A stretch of 32,782 bases of DNA. It comes from an uncultured Rhizobiaceae bacterium (GTDB lineage Bacteria; Pseudomonadota; Alphaproteobacteria; UBA828). The translations under genes were made by a program, and so were the position numbers. The notes under the pieces were generated by a model. The model saw only the letters and a list, made by a program, of their open reading frames with translations. It was not told where the DNA came from and made no database searches. The stretch's first letter is position 1. The number at the start of each line of letters is the position of its first letter. The DNA lies in contig CAZUVO010000001.1 of the NCBI GenBank assembly GCA_964623955.1, forward strand, positions 1 to 32,782. The letters run 5' to 3'. Below are positions 24,642-32,782 of the stretch, in pieces.

Positions 24642-25985
24642 ATGGGCTATCCCGATCCGACATCGCGCTCGGCTGAGTTAAGCCGGCGTGCCGAGACCGT
24701 CTATCCCGGCGGCACGACGCGCGGGCAGGCATATTACGCGCCCTATCCGATCTATGCGGCGAGCGCCGAGGGCTGCCGCGTGACCGATGTGGAGGGCGTC
24801 TCGCGCATCGATTTCGTCAATAATTACACGGTCCAGTTTTTCGGCCATTCGCATCCCGACATCGTCGCCGCGGTGCAGGATCAGGCGGCGCGCGCCATGT
24901 GCTTCACCATGCCGACGGAGCTCGATATCGAGCTTGCCGAGATGATCCTCGCCCGCGCCGCGTCGTTCGATAAGCTGCGCTACACCAATACCGGCACCGA
25001 GGCAGTCATGCACGCGGTCAAGGGCGCGCGCGCCTATACCGGCAAGCCGAAGATCGCCAAATGCGAGGGCGTCTATCACGGCGCCTATGATTACGCCGAG
25101 GTCAGCCTCGATTCCGACCCGCAAAGCTGGGGCCAGGAAGATCCGCTCTCCGTCGGCCATACCCAAGGCGTGCCCGATGGGGTGACCAGCGACGTGGTGG
25201 TCATCCCGTTCAACGATGTGGCGGAATCGGAGCGCATTCTGGCAGCTCATGTCGACGAGCTGGCCGGCGTGCTGTTCGATGCGGTGCCGTCGCGCTGCGG
25301 CGGTATTCCCGCCAGCCCCGACTATATCAACATGCTGAAATCCTTCACCCGCGCCCATGACCTTGTGTTCATCCTCGACGAAGTGGTCACCTGGCGGCTC
25401 GATCATGGCGGCGCCCAGACCCGCTACGGCATCGAGCCCGACATGACGACGCTGGGCAAGGTGATCGGCGGCGGCATGCCGATCGGTGTTGTCGCCGGGC
25501 GCGACGAGGTGATGGCGGTCTATGATTCAAGCGCCGGCAAGGCGGCCTGCTCTCATTCCGGCACCTTCTCGGGCAATCCGGTTACCATGGCGGCGGGCAT
25601 CGCGGCGATGAAACTGCTGACCCCGGAGGCGGTCGAGCGCCTCAACCAGTTGGGCGAGCGCGCCCGCTCAGGGTTGCGCGAGGCGTTTCGCCAGGCGGAT
25701 GTCGACGGTCAGGTCACCGGCGAGGGGTCGATGATCCTGATGCATTTTTCGTCCGAGCCGCTTGGCGATTACCGTGCTACCTATCGGGCGCATACCGAGA
25801 AGCGGGCAGAGATGCTCGACGATCTGTTCCGCTGCCTGCTGAACCGGGGCGTTTTGTTCAGCACCTGGGGGCTCGGCTGTCTCTCCACCCCGATGGGCGA
25901 GGCGGAAGTGGATCATCTCGCCGAAGCGGTGTTGGACAGTTTGAAAGAAATGAAAGCACAAGAAGGAAAGGCATTGGCATCATGA
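24642..25985 (+). CDS. Class III PLP aminotransferase, glutamate-1-semialdehyde aminomutase-like subfamily
   Basis: GAGAGG SD; NTGTEAVM, YHGAYD, LDEVVT, TTLGKVIGGGMP (PLP Lys), SGTFSGNP. Confidence 0.9.
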   Translation: MGYPDPTSRSAELSRRAETVYPGGTTRGQAYYAPYPIYAASAEGCRVTDVEGVSRIDFVNNYTVQFFGHSHPDIVAAVQDQAARAMCFTMPTELDIELAEMILARAASFDKLRYTNTGTEAVMHAVKGARAYTGKPKIAKCEGVYHGAYDYAEVSLDSDPQSWGQEDPLSVGHTQGVPDGVTSDVVVIPFNDVAESERILAAHVDELAGVLFDAVPSRCGGIPASPDYINMLKSFTRAHDLVFILDEVVTWRLDHGGAQTRYGIEPDMTTLGKVIGGGMPIGVVAGRDEVMAVYDSSAGKAACSHSGTFSGNPVTMAAGIAAMKLLTPEAVERLNQLGERARSGLREAFRQADVDGQVTGEGSMILMHFSSEPLGDYRATYRAHTEKRAEMLDDLFRCLLNRGVLFSTWGLGCLSTPMGEAEVDHLAEAVLDSLKEMKAQEGKALAS

Positions 25986-27388
25986 GCAGCAGCACGGCGA
26001 ATTCGGCCGGCGCACGCGCCGTCGAGAATATCCTGCATGGCTACAGCAATCTTGCGGCGCTGGAGAAAACCCCGCCGCTCGTCGTCACCGGCGGGCGCGG
26101 CGTCTACATCATCGATGAGGACGGCAAGGAATATATCGAGGGCGCCGCCGGCATGTGGTGCACCTCCTTCGGCTTCAACGAGCAGGAGCTGGTCGATGCC
26201 GCGATCGCTCAATTTAAGAAGCTGCCCTATTATCACAGCCTGGTCGACAAGACGACGGAGCCCATGGGCGAGCTGGCCGAGCGCCTGAAGGCAATTGCGC
26301 CGGGGCCGATGTCGAAGGTGTTCTTCGCCAACTCCGGCTCCGAGGCGAACGATACCGCCGTCAAGATGATCTACTACTACAACAATGCGCGCGGCCGTCC
26401 GGAGAAGAAGAAAATCATCGCCCGCGAATTCGGCTTCCACGGCGCGTCCCTCGCGGCGGCCAGCATCACAGGTATTCCCGCCATGCATGCCGGCTTCGAT
26501 GTGCCGCTGCCCGGGTTTCTCCACACCGATTTTCCGCACTATTACCGCAATGGCCGGGACGGTGAATCGGAAGAACAATACGCCACGCGGCTGGCCGAGA
26601 ATCTGGAGAAGATGATTCTCGACGAAGGGCCCGACACCGTCGCCGCGTTCGTCTTCGAGCCGGTGATGGGCGGCGGCGGCTGCGTGCCGCCGCCGGCGAC
26701 CTATTTCGAGAAAATCCAAGCCGTCTTAAAAAAATACGATGTGCTGGTAATGGCCGATGAAGTGATCACCGGATTTGGCCGCACCGGCAATATGTTCGGC
26801 TGCGATACCTACAACATCAAACCCGACATCATGACTCTGGCGAAGGCACTCTCCAGCTCCTACCTGCCGATTTCCGCACTTATGGTGACGGAAGAGATCT
26901 ACAGCGTGGTGCGCGACCACAGCGAAAAGATCGGATTTTTCGGTCATGCCTTTACCACCACCGGCCATCCGGTCGCCGTTGCCGTGGCCAACCGCGCCCA
27001 GCAACTCATGGAAGAGCGCGATATCGTCGGTCACGTGAGGCGCGTCTCGCCGGCTTTTCAAAACGGCCTACGCGCTTTTGCGGATCATCCGCTGGTCGGC
27101 AATGTGCGCGGCGTCGGCCTGATGGGCGCCGTGGAGTTGGTGGCGGATAAGGCAAGCAAGCGCTCCTTCGATCCGTCCTTCAAGGTGAAGGATTTCCTCC
27201 GCCACCGCGCCCAGGAGCATGGCCTCATCGTCCGCGCGGTGTTGCAAGGCGACACCCTCGCCTTCTCGCCGCCGCTGATCATCACCGAAGCGGAAATCGG
27301 CGAAATGATGAAACGCTTCGGCCAGGCCCTCGACGAAACCACCCAATGGGTCGAGGAAAACGGCCTGAGGGACAAGAAACCCGATTGA
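25982..27388 (+). CDS. Class III omega-amino acid/amine:pyruvate aminotransferase
   Basis: ATGA-coupled to the upstream gene; GMWC, NSGSEANDT, FHG, EPVMGGGG, ADEVITGFGRTG, LAKALSS (PLP Lys). Confidence 0.92.
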   Translation: MSSSTANSAGARAVENILHGYSNLAALEKTPPLVVTGGRGVYIIDEDGKEYIEGAAGMWCTSFGFNEQELVDAAIAQFKKLPYYHSLVDKTTEPMGELAERLKAIAPGPMSKVFFANSGSEANDTAVKMIYYYNNARGRPEKKKIIAREFGFHGASLAAASITGIPAMHAGFDVPLPGFLHTDFPHYYRNGRDGESEEQYATRLAENLEKMILDEGPDTVAAFVFEPVMGGGGCVPPPATYFEKIQAVLKKYDVLVMADEVITGFGRTGNMFGCDTYNIKPDIMTLAKALSSSYLPISALMVTEEIYSVVRDHSEKIGFFGHAFTTTGHPVAVAVANRAQQLMEERDIVGHVRRVSPAFQNGLRAFADHPLVGNVRGVGLMGAVELVADKASKRSFDPSFKVKDFLRHRAQEHGLIVRAVLQGDTLAFSPPLIITEAEIGEMMKRFGQALDETTQWVEENGLRDKKPD

Positions 27389-27509
27389 GCGGGGTGAAAC
27401 CGCGCCCGGCTTAGCGCCTTTCCCTTTCCCACTTGCCGCGTATAGTTTGCGATATAGTTATTCGATTATCGGTTGTGGTTACGCGACGTGATCGAATGGG
27501 GAGGGTTTC

Positions 27510-28451
27510 ATGGCGAAGATTATCGTCGGAATTCATGGCTTGGCGAACAAGCCGAAAAAGAGCGACCTCGCGAAGTATTGGCGACAGTCGATCGCCGAGG
27601 GCCTAGAAAAGAACAGCGGAATTGCAGCTCCGAAATTCGGCTTGAAGATGGTCTATTGGGCCGACCTCCTCTACAAGTACCGGCTACACGACGACGAGTT
27701 TTTCGATTTCGACAGGCTGTACAATCGCCAGCCCTATGAGGCTGGCCCGGACAAACTGCCGGCCTATCGCGACGGTTTGGTCGATGTAATTCGCGCTGAA
27801 ATATTCGGTGTTGCCGGCGCGACCTTGGACTTTTTCAAGCAGAAATTCGGCTTGAGCGAATTCGCCGATTGGGTTCTTGAAAAAACCCTGAAGGATTTGG
27901 CGTTCTATTATTCCGAAGACCGCGAGATCGGCGACCGGTCGAAACCGAAGCGGAAAATGGTTTTGGCTCGGAAAGTACTACAGGACGAATTACGGAATGT
28001 CCTGTTGCCGCTCAAGGGCAACCGGGTCATGTTGATCGCCCATTCGATGGGCTCGATCATCGCCTATGATGTGCTGCGCGATATCGGTCAAGAAGACCCG
28101 TCCTTCGAGGTGGCGCAGTTCGTCACCATCGGCTCGCCGCTGGACCTGCCGCACGTCAAAGCTAAGATCATCGAGTTGCGGACCTATGACCGGAAAAAGA
28201 GCGAACGCGTGCGCACGCCGACCATCGTAACCGAGAGCTGGACCAACTATGCCGACCGGCGCGACAAGGTCGCCTTGGACAGCCATCTGCGCGATGATTT
28301 CGGGCCGAATAAACGAGGTATCAGCGTAACGGACGATCTCGTCGACAACAGCTATCTAAGTCCGGGCGGCGAGCCCAACTATCACAAATCCTACGGCTAT
28401 CTGAGAACGCCGGAGCTGTCGAAACAGATTGAAGAGTTTCTCGCGCCCTGA
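27510..28451 (+). CDS. Alpha/beta-hydrolase fold protein (lipase/esterase-like), function unknown
   Basis: GGGAGG SD; GIHG oxyanion-type motif, nucleophile elbow AHSMG, VTIGSP, candidate Asp (DRRDKV) and His (NYHKSYGY). Confidence 0.8.
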   Translation: MAKIIVGIHGLANKPKKSDLAKYWRQSIAEGLEKNSGIAAPKFGLKMVYWADLLYKYRLHDDEFFDFDRLYNRQPYEAGPDKLPAYRDGLVDVIRAEIFGVAGATLDFFKQKFGLSEFADWVLEKTLKDLAFYYSEDREIGDRSKPKRKMVLARKVLQDELRNVLLPLKGNRVMLIAHSMGSIIAYDVLRDIGQEDPSFEVAQFVTIGSPLDLPHVKAKIIELRTYDRKKSERVRTPTIVTESWTNYADRRDKVALDSHLRDDFGPNKRGISVTDDLVDNSYLSPGGEPNYHKSYGYLRTPELSKQIEEFLAP

Positions 28452-28460
28452 CGCGGGGTT

Positions 28461-30191
28461 TCAGTGAGATTCCCGCGGCACCGCCGCGCCGCGCTGGCCG
28501 ACGAGGAAATCGAGATCGACGCCTTCATCGGCTTGCAGGACATGGTCGAAATAGAGCCGCTGATAGCCGCCGGTCATGGGTGGCTCGGGTGGGGTCCAGG
28601 CGTCGCGCCGGCGCGCCAGTTCTTCGTCCGACACATCCAAGTGGAGCCGGCGGCCGGCGACGTCGAGCTCGATCATGTCGCCGTCCTGCACCAGCGCGAG
28701 CGGGCCGCCTGCGGCCGCTTCCGGTGCGGTGTGCAGCACCACCGTGCCGAACGCGGTGCCGGACATGCGCGCGTCCGAGACCCGCACCATGTCTTTAATA
28801 CCTTTTTTCAGGACCTTTGGCGGCAGGCCCATATTGCCGACCTCGGCCATGCCGGGATAGCCCTTCGGCCCACAATTCTTCAGCACCAGCACGCAGCTCT
28901 CGTCGACATCGAGATCGGGATCGGCGATGCGGATCTTGTAATGGTCGATATTCTCGAACACCACCGCGCGGCCCTTATGCTGCATCAGCTCCGGCGTCGC
29001 GGCGGAGGGTTTTAGCACCGCGCCCTTGGGTGCCAGATTGCCGCGCAGCACGGCGATGCCGCCATTCTCGGTCAGCGGATTGTCGAGCGCGCGGATTACT
29101 TCGCTGCTGTAACACGGTGCCTCGGCGCAGTTTTCGCCGATCGTTTTGCCGTTCACCGTCAGCGCGTCCTTGTGGATCACATCGCCGAGCGCGTGGATCA
29201 CCGCCGGCAGGCCGCCGGCATAATAGAAATCCTCCATCAAAAACCGTCCCGACGGCATGAGGTCGACAATGGTCGGGATGTCGCGCCCGAGTGCGTCCCA
29301 ATCGTCGAGGCCGAAATCGACGCCCATGCGCCGCGCGATGGCGATGAGATGGACCACCGCATTGGTCGAGCCGCCGATCGCGCCATTGACGCGCACCGCG
29401 TTCTCGAACGCCTCGCGGGTGAGAATTTGCGAAATGCACACATCCTCGCGCACCAGATCGACGATGCGCCGCCCGGCCTCCTGGGCGAGCACGTTGCGCC
29501 GGGAATCGACCGCCGGGATGGCGGCATTGTGCGGCATCGCCATGCCCAGCGCCTCCGACATACTGGCCATGGTCGAGGCCGTGCCCATGGTCATGCAATG
29601 GCCTGGGCTGCGCGACATGCCGGCCTCGGCATCCATGAAATCGGCGAGCGACATTTCGCCCGCGCGGACGGCCTCGGAATAGCGGAACACGTCCGTGCCC
29701 GAGCCTACCTCCTTGCCGCGCACGCGCCCGCTCAGCATCGGCCCGCCGGAAACCACCAGGGTCGGCAGATCGCAGCTTGCCGCGCCCATCAGGAGCGCCG
29801 GCGTCGTCTTGTCGCAGCCGACCAACAGCACCACGCCGTCCATCGGATTGGCGCGGATCGATTCTTCCGCGTCCATGCTGGCGAGATTGCGGAACAGCAT
29901 GGCGGTGGGGCGTAGGTTGGATTCACCCAAGGACATGACGGGAAATTCGAGCGGCAGCCCGCCCGCTTCATAGACGCCGCGCTTGACCCGCTCGGCGATG
30001 CCGCGGAGATGCGCGTTGCACGGGGTGAGTTCGGAAAACGTATTGCAGATGCCGATCACCGGGCGGCCGTCGAACTCGTCCGCCGGAATGCCCTGGTTCT
30101 TCATCCAGCTTCTGTGCAGGAAGCCGTCCTTGTCCGCCTTGCCGAACCAGGCCTGCGAGCGCAGCTCCTTATTGTTCTTCTTCTTCGCCAT
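28461..30191 (-). CDS. IlvD/Edd family dehydratase, L-arabinonate/sugar-acid dehydratase type
   Basis: RSWMKNQG, ELTPCNAH, GCDKTTP and GHCMTMGTAS (Fe-S Cys), PKGYPGMAE, DARMSGT, C-terminal SH. Confidence 0.92.
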   Translation of the reverse strand: MAKKKNNKELRSQAWFGKADKDGFLHRSWMKNQGIPADEFDGRPVIGICNTFSELTPCNAHLRGIAERVKRGVYEAGGLPLEFPVMSLGESNLRPTAMLFRNLASMDAEESIRANPMDGVVLLVGCDKTTPALLMGAASCDLPTLVVSGGPMLSGRVRGKEVGSGTDVFRYSEAVRAGEMSLADFMDAEAGMSRSPGHCMTMGTASTMASMSEALGMAMPHNAAIPAVDSRRNVLAQEAGRRIVDLVREDVCISQILTREAFENAVRVNGAIGGSTNAVVHLIAIARRMGVDFGLDDWDALGRDIPTIVDLMPSGRFLMEDFYYAGGLPAVIHALGDVIHKDALTVNGKTIGENCAEAPCYSSEVIRALDNPLTENGGIAVLRGNLAPKGAVLKPSAATPELMQHKGRAVVFENIDHYKIRIADPDLDVDESCVLVLKNCGPKGYPGMAEVGNMGLPPKVLKKGIKDMVRVSDARMSGTAFGTVVLHTAPEAAAGGPLALVQDGDMIELDVAGRRLHLDVSDEELARRRDAWTPPEPPMTGGYQRLYFDHVLQADEGVDLDFLVGQRGAAVPRESH

Positions 30192-30197
30192 CGCGCG

Positions 30198-31124
30198 TCA
30201 ATCCAAATGTTTGAGATATTGGCCGACGAAATCATGATCGACATAATCGATATAGGCGTCGGTGATGCGTTTGGTGATCGGGCCGGGGATCGCGCCGTCG
30301 CCAATCTCTATGCCGTTGAAGTTCTTAACCGGCACGATACAGAAGCTGGTCGAGGTGATGAACGCTTCGTCGGCCGTATAGGCGTCATAAAGGTCCAAAT
30401 CCGTGCGCACCACTTTTAAGCCCTGCGCCTCGGCCAAATCGATCGCCGTTTGACGGCTCACTCCACACAAGACGTAGCGGTCCTCGGGCGTATAGATCAC
30501 GCCGTCGTCGACGAGAAAGATGTTCGAGCCGACGCCTTCCGAGAGATTGCCGTTGACGTCGAGGAGGATCGCCCAGGCATTGGCGTTCTGCCGGCGCGCC
30601 TCTTCATGGGCGACCATGAGGTTCATGTAATTGTGGGTCTTGGCCCGGGGCGTCAGCGAATCCGGCGAGGTGCGGCGCAGCGAGGGCACGATCACCTCCA
30701 TGCCGTCGCGGAAATAATGCGCCCGCGCCTTGAACGGCAGCGGCGTGCATTCGACGATGACGGTCGCCTCGGAGGCCTCGTGAATATCGCCGCCGACCGG
30801 CTCGACGCCGCGCGAGACGCGCTGGCCGACCCAGTAATCCTCGCCCTCATTCAAGAGATGCAGATTACGCGCCAGCACTTCCTCGCTGATCTCCTTCATC
30901 TTCTCCGGGCTCATGCCCGGATCCATCTGGAGATATTTGAGCGATTTATAGAACCGCTTGAGATGCTCCTCGAGCTTGAAGATGCGGTGGCCGAAGGTGC
31001 GCGTCATGTCGAACGCGCCGTCGCCATATTTAAAGCTGCGGTCGCGGAACGAGACCATGGCGCGGCTCTCGGGCACGATCTCTCCGTTGATATAGACGAC
31101 TCGCTCGTTGGCCAAATCGCTCAT
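30198..31124 (-). CDS. Class IV PLP aminotransferase (BCAT/D-amino-acid aminotransferase family)
   Basis: AGGAG SD; DRSFKYGDGAF, HLKR, RAKTHNY (PLP Lys), EGVGSNIF, ADEAFITST, GPITKR. Confidence 0.92.
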   Translation of the reverse strand: MSDLANERVVYINGEIVPESRAMVSFRDRSFKYGDGAFDMTRTFGHRIFKLEEHLKRFYKSLKYLQMDPGMSPEKMKEISEEVLARNLHLLNEGEDYWVGQRVSRGVEPVGGDIHEASEATVIVECTPLPFKARAHYFRDGMEVIVPSLRRTSPDSLTPRAKTHNYMNLMVAHEEARRQNANAWAILLDVNGNLSEGVGSNIFLVDDGVIYTPEDRYVLCGVSRQTAIDLAEAQGLKVVRTDLDLYDAYTADEAFITSTSFCIVPVKNFNGIEIGDGAIPGPITKRITDAYIDYVDHDFVGQYLKHLD

Positions 31125-31137
31125 GTCGCTCTCCTGT

Positions 31138-32781
31138 TCAATTGGGCTCGACGCCGTAATCGCGCCGCGCGCCTTCCGGCGTTATATAGCCTTCGCGCAG
31201 ATCTTCCTCGATCATCGACCGCTCGCGCGCCGACGGCTTGCCGTAGCCGCCGCCGCCCGAGACGCTGAGGCGCACTCGGTCGCCGGGCATCAGGCTGATA
31301 TTGGAATATTTGCTGCTCGACGCCTTGCCGAAGGCCTCGGTCACCGGGCGCCAATCGTCGCGCCCTTTCTGCTGCACCAGCGTCGCGCCGTTGGCGCCTT
31401 CCTTGCCGCCAAACAGCGCCCAAGTCTTGACCCGGTGGCGGTCGGTGCATTGGCTGGCGGTGATTTCGGTGGTGGTGGCGCGCAGCGTCTTCTGATAGCC
31501 GAGACCGCCGCGATAGGCGCCGGCGCCGCCCGAATCCGGCATCATGGCGAAATCCTCGACATGGAACGGAAAGCGCGTCTCGAACACCTCCACCGGGTTG
31601 AAACGGCAATTGCCGTTGATCGCGATGACGCAATCATTGCCGTCGGCATAGCTGCGCCCGCCCCAGCCGCCGGACATGAGATCGTAACAGGCGAAATATT
31701 CGTCATATTCCGGATGGTAGCCACCGAACACGAAATTGCCGCCCGTGCCGCTTTCCGATGCCATGGCGCGCTCCGGCATGCATTCCGCCAGCGCGCCGAT
31801 GACGATGGCGGCGAGACGCGGATGAGTCTCGGTGTTGCCGGCGACTTCGGGCGCGGGATAGTCGACATTGGTCACGCTGCCGGGCGCGGCGACGATGCGG
31901 ATCGGGCGGAAGCAGCCGGCATTTTTTGGGATCGACGGGTCGGTCATGTGGAACATGGCATTGTAGGTGGCGCTCCAGGTGACGCCGAGGGTGGCGTTGA
32001 TCGGCCCCTTGGCCTGGCTTGCGCTGGCGCTGAAATCGGCCACCACCTCGTCGCCCTGCACAAACACATCGACGCTTAGCAGATAGGATTTGTCCTCGAT
32101 GCCGTCATTCTCGACCGTGTCCTCGAAACTATATCGGCCGTCCGGAAAAGATGAGATTTCCGCGCGCATGCGGCGCTCGGAATATTCCATCAGATCGTGG
32201 CAGGTGGTCTTGAAGGTCTCCTCGCCATATTTCGCGAGGAGCTCGGTCATGCGCTGTTCGCCGAGGTCCAAGACGCCGATCATGGCGCGGAGATCGCCAT
32301 AATTGTAGCGCGGCGTCCGCACATTCGCGAGCATCAGCTTCCACACCGAATCGACATCCTTGCCGGCCTTTTTGATTTTGATCGGCGGCACCCGGAGGCC
32401 CTCGTGGAAAATCTCCGTCGCCTCGCCGGCAAAGCCGCCGGGCACCATGCCGCCGACCTCGGCGATATGGCCGATACAAACCAGATAGCCGAGCGGCTTG
32501 CCCTTGTGGAAGAAGGGCTTGAACAAGGTGTGCTCGGGCACATGCAAGCCGCCGCGATAGGGATCGTTGTGGATCAGCACATCGCCCTCGTCGAGGCTCT
32601 CAATTGGAAATTCCTCGGCGCAGGTTTTGATCAGAAGTGGCATGCCGCCGATCTGCGCGGGGCAGAATTCCGCGACGGCGATCATATCGCCTTTGGTGTC
32701 GGCCAGCGCGCAGGTGAAATCGAGCCCCTCGTTGAAGATCGTCGAATAGGACGTCTTCATCAGCGAGATGCCCATCTCGCG
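31138..32781 (-). CDS. Hydantoinase B/5-oxoprolinase beta-subunit family protein (5' truncated by window edge)
   Basis: Frame is open to the window edge (REMG..TSYS); NDPYRGGLH.PE, HIAEVGG, EIFHEGL, PDSGGAG.YRGG, GGGGYG. Confidence 0.93.
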   Translation of the reverse strand, partial: REMGISLMKTSYSTIFNEGLDFTCALADTKGDMIAVAEFCPAQIGGMPLLIKTCAEEFPIESLDEGDVLIHNDPYRGGLHVPEHTLFKPFFHKGKPLGYLVCIGHIAEVGGMVPGGFAGEATEIFHEGLRVPPIKIKKAGKDVDSVWKLMLANVRTPRYNYGDLRAMIGVLDLGEQRMTELLAKYGEETFKTTCHDLMEYSERRMRAEISSFPDGRYSFEDTVENDGIEDKSYLLSVDVFVQGDEVVADFSASASQAKGPINATLGVTWSATYNAMFHMTDPSIPKNAGCFRPIRIVAAPGSVTNVDYPAPEVAGNTETHPRLAAIVIGALAECMPERAMASESGTGGNFVFGGYHPEYDEYFACYDLMSGGWGGRSYADGNDCVIAINGNCRFNPVEVFETRFPFHVEDFAMMPDSGGAGAYRGGLGYQKTLRATTTEITASQCTDRHRVKTWALFGGKEGANGATLVQQKGRDDWRPVTEAFGKASSSKYSNISLMPGDRVRLSVSGGGGYGKPSARERSMIEEDLREGYITPEGARRDYGVEPN

Positions 32782-32782
32782 G

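Noticed and set aside
28461-30191. ilvE-ilvD branched-chain amino acid biosynthesis operon
   Set aside because: The dehydratase has sugar-acid subfamily signatures (RSWMKNQG, ELTPCNAH, C-terminal SH), no other ilv/leu genes are present, and the upstream gene is a hydantoinase.

Overview
GC-rich alphaproteobacterial chromosome segment; the gene complement looks Rhodospirillales-like (inference). Bases 1-22430 are a nearly all plus-strand housekeeping supercluster: kdsD(partial)-lptC-lptA-lptB-rpoN-hpf-ptsN-hprK-rapZ-manX(EIIA)-ptsH-ptsI-ahcY-[small antisense membrane ORF]-divL-like Tyr pseudokinase-tsaE-amgK-murU-addB-addA-trxA. From ~22440 the region is accessory: an SDR, a ~105-bp palindromic MITE-like repeat, a secreted hypothetical protein with an in-frame TGA and a tandem 53-aa repeat, two class III aminotransferases and a lower-GC alpha/beta hydrolase. 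A convergent minus-strand operon follows: hydantoinase B/oxoprolinase (partial), class IV aminotransferase, IlvD/Edd sugar-acid dehydratase. I found no rRNA, tRNA, CRISPR array or transposase. The most unusual observations are the in-frame UGA just after a signal peptide, a 9-codon mini-ORF bridging manX and ptsH through two ATGA overlaps, an FNR-like box upstream of divL, and a possible uncharacterised lactam/amino-compound catabolic cluster. All calls rest on motif recognition by eye; no searches were run.
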